Shown here: positions 12,675-26,536 of the stretch, piece by piece
How the letters are laid out: every line of letters starts with the position of its first letter
Numbering within the stretch: the first letter of the stretch is position 1
Origin: Octopus vulgaris
Taxonomy: Eukaryota
Assembly (NCBI GenBank): GCA_951406725.2
Contig: OX597826.1
Location: 67,766,001-67,830,000, forward strand
Length of the DNA: 64,000 nucleotides
Reading direction: 5' to 3'
Translations under genes and position numbers: made by a program
The notes under the pieces: generated by a model
Told to the model about the DNA's origin: nothing
Seen by the model: only the letters and a program-made list of their open reading frames with translations
Database searches by the model: none

Positions 12675-13054
12675 GTGGCTCTCCGTCAGTTGCGACGGTG
12701 GGGCTTCCAGTTGATCCGAACAACGGAACAGCCTGCTCGTGAAATTAATGTGCAAGTGGCTGAGCACTCCACAGACACGTGTGCCCTTAATGTAGTTCTC
12801 AAGGAGATACGATGTGATACAGTGTGTGACAAGGCTGGCCCTTTGAAATGCAGATACAAATACATGAAGAAAGAGTGGGAGGAAGTTGTGGTGAAAGAGT
12901 ACAGCAGTGTTCGCCAGCACCCCCTGCTGGAGCCTCGGGGTGCTTTAGGTGTTTTCGCTCAATAAACACTCACAACGCCTGGTCTGGAAATCGAAGCCAC
13001 GATCCTGTGACCTCGAATCCGCTGCCCTAACCACTGTGCCATTGCTCATCCACA
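12675..13054 (-). mobile_element. SINE family B-related copy with a different central domain
   Basis: 3' part (gaaattaatgtgcaagtggctgagcactccacagacacgtgt) and tRNA head match family B; 12855-12965 replaces the shared core. Confidence 0.8.
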
Positions 13055-13075
13055 ATATAATATAATATAATAGAA

Positions 13076-13485
13076 TACAGGGTGTTCAAAAAGTCTGCCT
13101 GCAGTGAAGTTTTCGGTGAAGGGATTTTTTCGAAGAGACGTTGGCTACCAATATCACCTGATTTAACACCGCCAGACTTTTTGTCTTGGGAGCAAATAAA
13201 GAATCAGAGTAGAAGAATCGCCCGAAAAAATATTAATGAGCTAAAAGACTCAATCATAACCTTTACACGGTCTACACCGCGTCAGACTCTCCAAGATGCA
13301 TTTCAAAACATTAGTAGACGAGGCAACTTATGTATTGAAAATGAGGGACGACACTTTCAACACCTCTTATAAAGTTATTGAAAGTCTTGTAAATTCTAAT
13401 ATATTCTTTTGTAGTCTTATAACACCTTCAAAATATTTATTTGGCAATAAATTATTGCGGAGACACATTTTGAACTCCTTGTATA
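13076..13485 (+). mobile_element. non-autonomous Tc1/mariner deletion derivative with TIRs
   Basis: Left end TA-CAGGGTGTTCAAAA, right end TTTTGAACTCCTTG-TA; ORF 13082-13372 contains WLPISPDLTPPDFLSW and C-terminal CIENEGRHFQHLL. Confidence 0.88.
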
Positions 13486-13515
13486 ACATAATATAATATA
13501 ATATAAAAGGATTAA

Positions 13516-13851
13516 AGACCCCCTTCGGTCATGAATGACCATGGGATTGCACCTAGAAAGTTACCCTCCTAGACACAAGTCCGGACAAGGTTGTTTATGG
13601 AAGACCAGCAGTCGCCCATGCATACCAGCCTCCCCTCTCCACGCCACCAGTGTTATCCAAGGGGAAAGACAAAGGTCGATACAGCTTGGCACCAGTGACG
13701 TCGCAACTCATTTCTACAGCTGAGTGAACTGGAGCAACGTGAAATAAAGTGCCTTGCTCAAGAACACAACACGCAGCCCGGTCCGGGATTCGAGCTCACA
13801 ACCTCACGATCGTAAGCTCGACGCTCTAACCATTGACCCATGCGCCTTCAC
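13516..13851 (-). mobile_element. SINE family D, full length
   Basis: Reverse complement gtgaaggcgcatgggtcaatggttagagcg ... cgaatcccggacc ... gaccgaagggggtct; matches 20864-21183. Confidence 0.9.
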
Positions 13852-13948
13852 AATATAATATAATATAATGCAATATAATATAATGTAATATAATATGATA
13901 TATACAATATTATATATGTATATATATATATATATATAATATTATATA

Positions 13949-13994
<46 letters not shown>

Positions 13995-14028
13995 ATATAT
14001 ACATATATATATAGCTACTACTACTACG

Positions 14029-14059
<31 letters not shown>

Positions 14060-14080
14060 GTACTACTGCTGCTGCTGCTG

Positions 14081-14126
<46 letters not shown>

Positions 14127-14142
14127 ATATATACATATATAT

Positions 14143-14356
14143 AAGGCGGCGAGCTGGCAGAAACGTTAGCGCGCTGGGCGAAATGTTTAGCGGTATTTCG
14201 TCTGTCGTTATGTTCTGAGTTCAAATTCCGCCGAGGTCGACTTTGCCTTTCATCCTTTCGGGGTCGATAAATAAAGTACCAGTTTTGCAACTGGGGTCAT
14301 TGTAATTCCTTTGTCCTTGTTTGTCCCCTCTATGTTTAGCCCCTTGTGGGCAGTAA

Positions 14357-14373
<17 letters not shown>
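14143..14373 (+). mobile_element. SINE family A with poly(A) end
   Basis: aaggcggcgagctggcagaaacgttagc ... gagttcaaattcc ... agccccttgtgggcagt(A)n. Confidence 0.9.
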
Positions 14374-14388
<15 letters not shown>

Positions 14389-14595
14389 GCTGTGCGCACG
14401 CGCGTGCATGTGTGTGTGTCTGTGTGCGTGTAAGTATGTATGTATATAAACAGAATTACGTTTGGTGTTTTTCAGAAACGTCGAATGCTTATCTTCCAAT
14501 ACAGACAAGAAAGAGATATTTTCGAACGCAGCATCGTCGTTCAAACAGCAAAAAAAGTTGTCAACAAACATCCACACACACGCACACATGTCCTT

Positions 14596-14762
14596 TTACT
14601 CCTTAACTCGTTTCAGTCATTTGACTCTGCGGCCATGCTGGTGCACAGCATTTAGTCGAGCAAAATTGTCCCCGGGACATATTCTTTGTAAGCCTAGTAC
14701 TTATTCTATCGGTCTGTTTTGCCGAACCGGTAAGATACGGGGACGTAAACACAGACACACAA

Positions 14763-14808
<46 letters not shown>

Positions 14809-14988
14809 GCACACATATATATCTGTATATACATACACATATACGGCGGGCTTCTTTCAGTTTCCGTCTACCAAATCCACCCACATGGCTTTGGGCGACC
14901 CGAGGCTATAGGTGCCACGCAGTGGGACTGAACCCGGAACGATGTGGTTGGTAAGCAAGCTACTTACCACACAGCCACTCCTACGCCT
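14596..14988 (-). mobile_element. SINE family C
   Basis: Reverse complement of the C consensus with internal (CA)n. Confidence 0.88.
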
Positions 14989-15114
14989 ATATATATATAT
15001 ATATATATACATATATATAGGTAGGTAGATAGCTAGGTATATATAAATACACATATATGTATATTCATACACATATTTATGCATACACAAATAGATAAAT
15101 ATATATATATATGC

Positions 15115-15184
<70 letters not shown>

Positions 15185-15355
15185 GCATTTATACATACCT
15201 ACCTATCTACATGCTTACACGCACACACATAATTATGTAAGTACAACCATATATTTTTTGTCTCTCTCTCTCTCCACTTCTTGTCTGTCAATCTCTCTCC
15301 CCTTTCTCTGTCTCACTCACTCACCCACTCTCTCGCTCTCTCTCTACACACACAC

Positions 15356-15433
<78 letters not shown>

Positions 15434-15886
15434 GTATATGTATATATAGGAGGGAGTGACATACGATAAATAGATTTCTACACGAATACGCATGCGCACA
15501 TATGAACCTATACATAAACATCTATCTGCGAGGATGAGTAGAAAGAAATATAAAATGCCTGAGGATATAATAAACTTTGTTAATTAACAATTTACGTCAT
15601 CATAATAATTTCAATGATACTGAACAATGCGGACACAAAGAATTATCTTCTATTATACGAAATTCTTGTAAATGAATTTATTTAATTAATTAATTAATTA
15701 AAATAATAATGGCATGATTAATAGAATTGGCTTTTATATCATAGATTTCATGCTCAGGTATTAGACAGTGCAAAAATTATTTCAACATTTTTGAAGAACT
15801 GTAGAAAAATGATTTATCTTTTCTCCAATATACACATCGGTTACATACATACATATATACATATATAGATGCCTCCATATATATAT

Positions 15887-15977
<91 letters not shown>

Positions 15978-16272
15978 TGTATGTATGTATATACGTATAT
16001 ATAAATGTGTGTGTAGATAATATGTATATGTGTATTTATATTTTCTGATACATATGTAATAAAATACCATACGCTGGTATACATAATTCATACAAACTAA
16101 ACGTTACACACATACACACGTGCAAATTTCTATTCATGTATGTATGGATTTGCAAAATCGACGCATTTAACATACATATATTTCATATGCACATTTCAAT
16201 TTGAATATGTGAATACATACATATTTAAAGACGTGTGTGTATGTATATAAACATGTATATATATACATACAT

Positions 16273-16304
<32 letters not shown>

Positions 16305-16353
16305 GCATGCATATACATACATGTGTAAATATATTTATATGTATATATGTATG

Positions 16354-16424
<71 letters not shown>

Positions 16425-17173
16425 GTATGATTCCGCTGCAAAATACTTGAATGTTATTTAGCATTTAGCTATATTCTGAGGCAGAGTGGCAGATTAAAGA
16501 GAAAGAAGGAAAATGGCTACTAATGGGGGAATATTTAAAACTTCATTTGTCACTTCAGATGGCGTGTTAGTTTTACCACTCCATTGCTGTTCAGAATCTC
16601 CACACAGTGGAGCAACTCAATACTGTCGTTATATTATCGTTATGGTTCAGGGCGTGTTATTTTGTAGAAAACATATCAAAATCGAGGCTAGCCATTTTGG
16701 CCCCCTCTATAATATGGCGTCGGTTAGCAGTCATCCTGTAGAATGATGTATTTCAGCGGTATTATTAAATCGTATTGATTTAATGGTGTTAGATTACGTG
16801 TGAGTTTTGGTGATGGGCATAACTGGTACAGAATGGAGATATTGTATAAAGTGTAATTGTGCAGAGATCAGCCAGGTATCACAAACCTACTTACGTCTAT
16901 GAATCGTATATGTTGGAAGTATTTGCTGTTTGAAAGGTAGGTACTCTCCGTAGACGGGATATAACATTAATCATTGTATTGCTTTTATATTGAGATCTAT
17001 CGAAACGTTTTTAGAATGAACACACACACACACATACACACATACACACATACACACACACATAGACACACATACGCTCACACATACAGAAACACACGTA
17101 TATTCCACAATGATGAAATAGTCGCACGTGGAAATCTGTCTCTTTATTAACAGCCATACCGTAAAAGATAAAA

Positions 17174-17215
<42 letters not shown>

Positions 17216-17216
17216 C

Positions 17217-17290
<74 letters not shown>

Positions 17291-17556
17291 ACTACTACTA
17301 CTACTACTACAATTTGACCATCACTATATACCCAATTCTATGGCTGTGACAACATATTCCTTACCTACATCTGTCCAATGTTTTCGTCCACATACTGGTC
17401 ACTATGATGCACACTGCTATTTCAGAGACGTATGCTCCTTCCACGTTGACGCTAATGACAGCAAAATCAGGATCAGAAACTGAACTGGCAATTCTATTAA
17501 GCAAGCGATCACCGTAGATATTACGATTGACATTTAATGTACAATTGTTAGTGTCA

Positions 17557-17606
<50 letters not shown>

Positions 17607-17653
17607 AAGGAAAGTTGTAAAGTACCGCACGAGTGGAAATATATATGAAAGAT

Positions 17654-17713
17654 TTGAAAATGCAATTTTAAAGGTGTTTGTCAAGTCAATAAACATTAAA
17701 ATTGCATTTTCAA
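17654..17713. repeat. 18-bp perfect-stem hairpin between TA tracts
   Basis: ttgaaaatgcaattttaa / ttaaaattgcattttcaa. Confidence 0.8.
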
Positions 17714-17728
17714 GCCTTCTTTTATATA

Positions 17729-17767
<39 letters not shown>

Positions 17768-17771
<4 letters not shown>

Positions 17772-17905
17772 GCAAGAGATCTGTGTGGTAAGTAGCTTAC
17801 TTACCAACCATATGCTCCTGAGCAAGTGTCTTCTACTATAGCCTCGAGCCGATCAAAGCCTTGGTGAGTGGATTTGGTAGACGGAAACTGAAAGATGCTC
17901 GTCGC
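17768..17905 (+). mobile_element. SINE family C 5' fragment
   Basis: ctgtgtggtaagtagcttacttaccaaccat ... gagtggatttggtagacggaaactgaaaga. Confidence 0.85.
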
Positions 17906-18030
17906 ATTTATATATATATATATAAAAATTGTGAGTTAGAGGTTATGCAACGGTCTAAGGGATCAACGTATCCATGGCACTACTGGTGTATTACGTAACT
18001 ATCTATAGGTCTTGCTGGACCAACATGTAA

Positions 18031-18386
18031 CAATTAGAAGTTGATCATTAGTATTGAATGATCATAGTTTAATTATGGTTAAAATAACATTTACAGCTAT
18101 TTCAGTTTGTTATATTTTTAAAGTAAACGCAAGTTTACCTTGTTCCATGTTACAAAACTCATCACAATGATTTGAACGCTAACATTGGAATATTGACAGG
18201 ACATCGAAGGATGACAGGAGAAAAAAGGTAAAAAAAAAAGGAAACGAAATAGGAAAAAAAAGGAAAAAGTAGGAACGAGGCGAACGCAAGTTTGCCTCAA
18301 AAAGACAAAGTGAAACAGCTGTAAATGTTATCTTAACCATAATTAAACTATGATCATTCAATACTAACGATCGGCTTCTAATTGCT
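18031..18386. repeat. ~100-bp inverted repeat (Penelope pLTR-like)
   Basis: 18031-18130 is the reverse complement of 18287-18386; the right arm holds GAAA-CAGCTG-TA (18312-18323), the 3' half of an HHR core. Confidence 0.75.
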
Positions 18387-18422
18387 CCAGTTCTTATATA
18401 CATACAAACATATATATATATA

Positions 18423-18514
<92 letters not shown>

Positions 18515-18684
18515 TATTTGAGTAGTTGAATGAATTATCTTATTAAGGATAATTCGAAAGATAACCGATACCTGGGTAGCAAATTCACATCAGAAAGAAC
18601 ACGATTGAAGCTACGTCCCTAGGGCATAGACTACGTGTCTTCGTGCGGAAATCTGTATGTTTATTTTAAAATTATAAGTAATAC

Positions 18685-18756
<72 letters not shown>

Positions 18757-19339
18757 ATATATCATTGTAATGTATAATATATCCAGAAAGTTGAAGCACA
18801 CTGTTATCATCAAAGTTATGATGAACCGCAAGAAGTGATAAAGAAAAAATAAAATCAACAACCTAGGATGTAAATATTCCTAGTGTATTTCATCCGATGG
18901 GTAAATCTTGCTTTCACTTTGTTGGAATATATAGAGTGGCACCGTCTTACATATAGCTGCATAGATTCATAATAAGATGAAGAAACTGGTTGAAAACGAA
19001 AAGCACATTTAGAGATATCCTTGCAGCAGAAACATACGTTAAGATTTAAATTCAATATACTGTATAGTCGGCTGCAGTAATAAGAAATATATAGATGTGT
19101 TCTTCTTATTCATTGAACTGCCATACACACATATACACACATGCATAGACATACATACACATACATACACACATACACGCACAAACATACATGCACACAT
19201 ATATAAGCATATATAACCATGTACGCAAGTATGAGTAATGCATATATATGTGCATGTGTGTATGTGCGTATATATATGTTATATGTATATATGTGTATAT
19301 ATATGTATAAATATATATGTGTATGTATACATATATATG

Positions 19340-19435
<96 letters not shown>

Positions 19436-20136
19436 TATGTATGTATGTATATACGCACACATATATGTATGAATGTATTTGCATACTTATGCATATATAC
19501 ATACATGCTTTTATATGTGTATACGTGACTCTCCCTGTGTATGTGGAGAGAAAGCGAAGATGTAAGGGAGAGAGAAAGAGAAAGAGAGAGAGAGAGAAGA
19601 GAGAGAGAGTGAGAGAGAGAGAGAACTGAACGTCATTGGCAATTGTCTTTTTACTTTGTGTCATGGATAAATACAAACAAGAGAATTTTCAAGTGGCAGG
19701 ACTTAGATCTTTTAATACCAACCTGTAAACAGAATTAGAAAGAGGCAACCAAAAAAAAAAAACACTCCATAAAACTTCTGTGAAAAACACTGAAAATGAA
19801 GCAATATCTCATGGCACTAAAGAAATATCTATCAAATCCCGCGGTGAAGACATGAAATGTGTAACTTTTGATATTTCTCCTTCTCCAAATAATATTCCAA
19901 CATATTTCGAGGTTTTATTTTTAATTCTTATTTTCTTGTTTCCTTGTATTAGATCTTACTTACGTCGAATCACGGTTTTTCGCCCCCACGTCATCTTATA
20001 AGCTTCTAAGTTTAAATATCGAATGCAATGGCTTGTTATTTATGATGGCTGTCTGCAAATGTACAGAGTTACAATATTTAGAATCGCATTTCTGCATCCG
20101 CTCATTGATTTGACAAAAGAATGTAAACAAGTTTTT

Positions 20137-20201
<65 letters not shown>

Positions 20202-20295
20202 GCTGGTTCAGAAGTACAGTAAACGAAGACGAGGGAACAACAAGCAAGTGTATAAGCTTAATATATATATGTATGTATGTATATTTGTATGTAAA

Positions 20296-20628
20296 GGAGC
20301 ACTCCGTCGGTTACGACGACGAGGGTCCAGAGCCGATACGATCAACGGAACAGCTTGCTCGTGAAATTAACGTGAAATTAACGTGCAAGTGGCTGAGCAC
20401 TCCACAAACACTTGTACCCTTAATGTAGTTCTCATGGAGATTCAGTGTGATACAGAGTGTGACAAGGCCTTTGAAATACCGGTACAACTCATTTTTGCCA
20501 GTTGAATGGACTGGAGCAACGTGAAATAAAGTGTCTTGCTCAAGGACACAACGCGCCACCGAGAATTGAACTCACAACCTTACAATCATGAGCTGAATGC
20601 CCCTAACCACTAAGCCATGCGTTTTCAC
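20296..20628 (-). mobile_element. SINE family B
   Basis: Reverse complement of 6970-7295, with a short internal gtgaaattaac duplication. Confidence 0.9.
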
Positions 20629-20863
20629 ATATTTGTTTGTATGTGTATATACATGTCCATACCTAACAATCTAAGCACCCACATACTCACATGTATGCAT
20701 GTTGACTATATACAAGAGTACAAAATAAGCATACAGTGAGTACCACATCAATATTATAATACTTAATTAATCAAAAATATTTAATTAGTTAGCCTCAGTT
20801 TTGATATTTCCAGCATCATTAATCATAATAATACATTTATCATAACTATAATAATACTTTTAT

Positions 20864-21183
20864 GTGAAGACGCATGGCTCAGTGGTAGAAGCGGTGAACA
20901 TACGATCGAGAGGTTGTGAGAATCCTGGACCGGGCTGCGTGTTGTGTTCTCGAGCAAGGCACTTTATTTCACGTTGCTCCAGTTAGAAAATGAGTTGCGA
21001 CGTAACTGGTGCCAAGCTGTATCGGCCTTTGCCTTTGACCGATAACACCGGTCGCTTGGGGAGGGGAGGCCGGTATGCGTGGGCGACTTCTGGTCTTCCG
21101 TCAGCAACCTTGCCCGAAATTCTGCCTCAGAGGGTAACTTTCTAGGTTCGATCCCATGGTCATTGGTGACCGAAGGGGGTCTC
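20864..21183 (+). mobile_element. SINE family D
   Basis: tRNA head tggctcagtggtagaagcg; core gagcaaggcactttatttcacgttgctccagtt; tail gaccgaagggggtct. Confidence 0.88.
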
Positions 21184-21234
21184 AGAATAATACTTTATCA
21201 TGACTTTTAATTTCTTTATTCTATTGTTCTTTCA

Positions 21235-21636
21235 CTTGTTTCAGTCATTTCACTGCGGCCATGCTGGAACACGGCCTTTAGTCGAGCAAATCGACCCCAG
21301 GACTTATTCTTTGTAAGCCTAGTACTTATTCTATCAGTCATTTTTGCCGAACCGCTAAGTTACGGGGACGCAAACACACCAGCAATGGTTGTCAAGCGAT
21401 GTAGGGAGGACAAACACAGACATACAAACATATACACACACATTTATATATAAATACATATATACATATATACGACGGGCTTCTTTCAGTTTCCGTCTAC
21501 CAAATTTACTCACAAAGCTTTGGTCGGCCCGAGGCTAAAATAAAAGACACTTGCCCAAGGTGCCACGCAGAGGGACTGAACCTGGAATCATGTGGTTCGT
21601 AAGTAAGCTACTTACCACACAGCCACTCCAACGCCT
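21235..21636 (-). mobile_element. SINE family C
   Basis: Reverse complement of the C consensus. Confidence 0.9.
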
Positions 21637-22583
21637 AATGCCCATTTAATAAAAATAAAAGAGTATTGTACGTGTTTCTCTTTTGTTCATAACTGTACAC
21701 TTACTTTTGTACTCCTTTGTATATATTATATTATATATCTATTTTTACGTGTGTGTGTTCTTCTATACACATTACTCAGGCTGTCTATACAATACTAACA
21801 TCCATGATTTTATAAGCATTGAAAATATACAGGAAATTTACTTGGCGAGATATGTTTCAAGTGGCGTATGAAAATATATGCAACGAATTACAAGGTTGTT
21901 CAATCTACTAAAGTAATGATAATACTGGATATTTCTAAAATAGAACGAGACATATAAGGTTGTAAATCTCAGTTGTTCATCATTATGAAATACGTAGTAA
22001 TATGTAAAATGGTGTTGCAGATTTCCATCTACAAATTCCGGAGCCGGAGAGATTAAGTTCATTCGCAGCAGGAGGGATGTAAGCTAGTGATAGGAAGTTA
22101 GGCTAAACGACACCATACGTATTCATATTGCGATTTAGGCAGCAGAAACATATAGGCTATAATCTGAAAATAATATGTAGAGAGCAAGGTTTTGAAATTA
22201 AGGCGAAAGCAAAATACGCGGCCATTGCAAAAGATTCCTGCATTAACCACTCATTCACACACACACATACGCGTGCACATACACACGCACACACAGACAC
22301 ACACAGACACACACGCACACACACACACACACTCATACACACACAATCTCAGCCCGTGCAACTTAGAGCCTGAGCATAATCAAAGACACGTTCATATATA
22401 TATAAAAAAGTCGAAACAATGCATTGTCTAAAGATGAATAGGATAAGTGTTTTTTAATTTTCCTTTAATTTCTGAATTACTACTACTTAGCGGTCTGAGT
22501 CATGGCTACTCTTTCTAGTGGGTCGAATACATATTGTCGAATACATGTTGTTGAATACATATATATGTGTGTGTGCGTGTGTA

Positions 22584-22629
<46 letters not shown>

Positions 22630-22657
22630 CATGTATGTATGTTTTTATCTATCTATC

Positions 22658-22762
<105 letters not shown>

Positions 22763-23419
22763 ATGTGTGTGTGTGTGTATGAAGCTTTGCACAGACATGT
22801 GTATCTCGTTTCACATACGGATCTATGCAAATATTTATCTATGCTATGTACGGACATTTACGTATATATATTCGTGTGAACCTACGTATACGAATTTCCT
22901 ATACATATATATGTATATATTGGTTCATACGTGTGCGTATGCGCGTGTATCTATTTGCATAGATATATATATATATATATATGCCCATATACTTGGATGT
23001 GAGAGTGTGAGCGCGTATGAATATGTGCGTGTATGTATATCTCTGTGTATGTATATATGGTGTCTAAGCACGATCACACAAAAATTTTTTTGTTTAAGTA
23101 TTATCTTCCATTCAACTTGTACTTCCTTTTCTTTCTCCTAATAGTTACAAAAGCGAAAGCTGATTACGTCATTTTCTCTAAACTAGCAGGTATACTTTAC
23201 ATGTTCTTATCTGAATATTTTGCGTTTCAATAATATTTTTCTCTGATTTTACTCATTCCCGAATTATATGAACATACAGCGGTGTGTAAGCCGACTCAAG
23301 AATTCTCTAGTGGGACTTTTATTGATGTACTTGAAGAGACATTGAAACACGTGCTGTACACCATAAAGTCTATTACACATTGAATTTCCTATTTCATTAA
23401 TCCCATTTTATTAATAGTC

Positions 23420-23490
<71 letters not shown>

Positions 23491-23596
23491 AAGAGACAGT
23501 GAGTGAATACTTGATAAGTGTAAGCACCTGTATATGCCAGATAGTGGCAGAGGTGAGAGAGTATATATCCTTTGTGTTCTATTTTTAATTTATATT

Positions 23597-23683
<87 letters not shown>

Positions 23684-23744
23684 TAGTTGTCTACTCCTAA
23701 ACCTGTACCTACAACTTAGTACATCATGGCATCTGATGTGGTTT

Positions 23745-23945
23745 TTAAAACCTGCCAATGTTTAGAAAACGCCCACATAGATTGGACATCCTATTTGGAA
23801 CACCAAGAGCTGCCGATAAGTTCTGATCTTTGTGGATCTTAAAATGTGTTTTGAGGCCTCCGTTAGAATCGCTGGTCTTCTGACATACATTGCAGTGAAA
23901 GGTGTGCACAGACAAAGAGGCAGAATAAATGTATATATGCAGCAC
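23745..23945 (-). pseudogene. C2H2 zinc-finger relic (possibly the C-terminus of a LINE ORF)
   Basis: FHCNVCQKTSDSNGGLKTHFKIH fits C-x2-C-x12-H-x3-H; a second finger is degenerate. Confidence 0.5.
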
Positions 23946-24159
23946 GGACTTTGTCAGTGAACAGGTCGCGGATTTTAGCGACGAAAATATTTTGACAAAT
24001 TAAACTTAAATGTTGGAGTGAATCGAACGGCTTTTGTGTGTTTCTTAAATGGCTTATAAACACCTTCCACGCTGCAATTGTTTTCGTTTCAGCACACGAT
24101 CTCAGATCAAATTACTTGCTATGCGAGTACATCTCCGTAATATATATATATATATATAT

Positions 24160-25238
24160 ACATGGTGAGAATGTACAAAAAAAAATAAAAGACGAAGACA
24201 GGTGTGTAAACAACAGAAATGTATTGGTTTAACGCTCGGGAAGAGAGAAAGTCTTTTACGTTTCGAGCCTATGCTCTTCGCCAGAAAGGGACACAGAAAT
24301 AAGAGGGAGGGAAAATAGAAAAAGTTATAGGGTCTAGCGATCTATCATCGTGAATCGGACAGAGGGATCACACAGGTGAGCTGGGAAAAGGGAAGATGAT
24401 GAAGTAGTGATGATCCCAGAACAAAGGTGCGAGTGCGAGTGCGTGTGTATGTGAGAGCGTGTATGTGCATGCGCGTGCGTGTGGAAGGGGGTTGGTGACA
24501 TTGATATGTGCGTGTGTGCACGTGTAAGTGTGCGGATGATGGTGTAGATGCTAAGAAGTGGTCAGTGCTAGTGTGTGCGCTGGTGTGGGTGATGGGAAGT
24601 GGTCAGTTTTAGTGTGTATGGGGTGAGGTGGTGTGGTGTTGTGTGGTATGGTGGTGTGTGGCGTGATGGTGTGTGTTGTAGTGGTGTGGTGGTGCATGGT
24701 GTTGTGGTGTATGGTGGGGTGGTGTTAGGGTGTGAGGGAGGCGACAGTGGGGAAAGCAAGGGTGGGGGCTAAGGGATGGGGTGGAGGATGGGATGTATAT
24801 AGATGGAGGGGTTGGAATGTGTAAGGATGGGGTAACGAGGGAGGGATTAAGATGCAGGGAGAGGGTGAAAGGGACAAATTAGGTAGGAGTGAAGAGAGGA
24901 AGTAGGTGCCAGAGTAACAGAGAAGAGGTGGGTGGGAGGGAGTAGGTGTGATAGGAAGAGAGAAAAGTGGAGGAAGGTTAGATGAAGAGGGGAGGAGAGT
25001 TCAACCCATGTCGTGCAAAGGGGCGAAGAGAAATTAATCCCTGCTCATGACGAAGACGGGAGTCCGGATGGTCCATGTGGAGGGACAATCCGAACACAGT
25101 CATTTGTTGTAAAGAATGACAGGTAGAGCGGAAATGGCGCGAGACCGGGGTGTCATTCCAGAGTCAGATATCTCGGAGGTGTTCCGCGACCCGGTCAGCC
25201 AAGCGGCGTCCCGTTTGACCGATGTATAGAGAAGGACA
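24160..25238 (-). mobile_element. Penelope-like element 3' part: GIY-YIG endonuclease relic (25238-24978), low-complexity UTR and HHR-bearing pLTR
   Basis: CPSLYIGQTGRRLADRVAEHLRDI*LWNDTPVSRHF..H..VFGL..RLRHEQGLI..HGLNSPPLFI*. Confidence 0.9.
24253..24288 (-). ncRNA. minimal hammerhead ribozyme motif with one core substitution
   Basis: cttt-CTGgCGA-a-gagc[atag]gctc-GAAA-cg-TA-aaag; stems I and II pair; lies downstream of the PLE endonuclease on the same strand. Confidence 0.75.
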
Positions 25239-25313
25239 CGTATGCATGTATGTATGTATGTATGTATGTATGTATGTATGTATGTATGTATGTATCTATC
25301 TATCTATCTATCG

Positions 25314-25367
<54 letters not shown>

Positions 25368-25537
25368 TTATCTATCTATCTCTAGCTAGCTAGCTAGCTA
25401 GCTAACTATTAAACCGGATATTTATTTAGAAGTTCTTCCCTTATTAGCTACGTGCGAGCCCATTCAGAGGTCAGAAGAGGTCTCGATATATGTATTTATT
25501 TATTCAAATATCTAAGGATGTATATTGTGTTTGTATA

Positions 25538-25572
<35 letters not shown>

Positions 25573-25830
25573 GCAACTACTCATTCACATACAATAGGGC
25601 GTATTCATATATATTCGTGCGCACGTGCATGCGTGTATTTTGTGTCTGTGAGTGATTGAAATGGACGTGCTCTCGTGGAAATGAAGCGAGTATCCACATC
25701 TTGCAGTCAGCATTTTACTAATATATATTAATTGGTTCATTGAATTACGTGGAAGCCTCTACGTGGTTCGTGATTCGCTTTCTACTCAACAGGCAATAAA
25801 ATAACATAAATAAATGTTTGCGTAAGCATG

Positions 25831-25866
<36 letters not shown>

Positions 25867-26536
25867 CATGTACGAATGTATGTGTATGTATGTATGTATG
25901 TATGTATGTATGTATGTATGTATGTATGTATGTATGTATGTATGTATGTATGTATGTATATGCCTGTCTGTGTGTGTGTATGTGTGTTTTACAAATGCCA
26001 AACTAGATCTATTGTCAAAGTTGTATAAAGTATATGTTACAGTCATGATTTACAGAGAAAACGTGAGTATGAAGCCTGTTCACAATGTTGGAATTATTTC
26101 GGCAATAAAATAACACAATAACACATACAAAAACATTGTATTCTAATTCTGTTTTTTTTATGAGAATGCATGTTTACATTCATACAAATCGTTTATGAGG
26201 ATAAACGGCTTAAAATGTAATAAAAAAAATTGGGGGAATATAGTAGCGAAAAGAATAAAAGTATATAGACGACTGTAACGTTCTCCTTCGCTTAGAATTT
26301 GCCAAGGCATCAAATCATATAGAGAAAATAGTAGCGTAGTTAAGCGACAGAAACAAGCAATTTAGTGGGGTCGCCAATGGTCTACTTATACTGTTAATAT
26401 TCTTCGTAGTTACTCCATTGCTAATCCTACGTAAAGATATCTATTGTCAAAATGGTTTCATCCATGAAGAGGTCATCGTTCCGCCATGGCGTTTCTAAGA
26501 TGAGATATAGCTATGTTCTTCTTTATCAGACGGTAG

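Noticed and set aside
13082-13372. Functional transposase CDS
   Set aside because: Only the C-terminal part is present, fused directly to the TIR; non-autonomous
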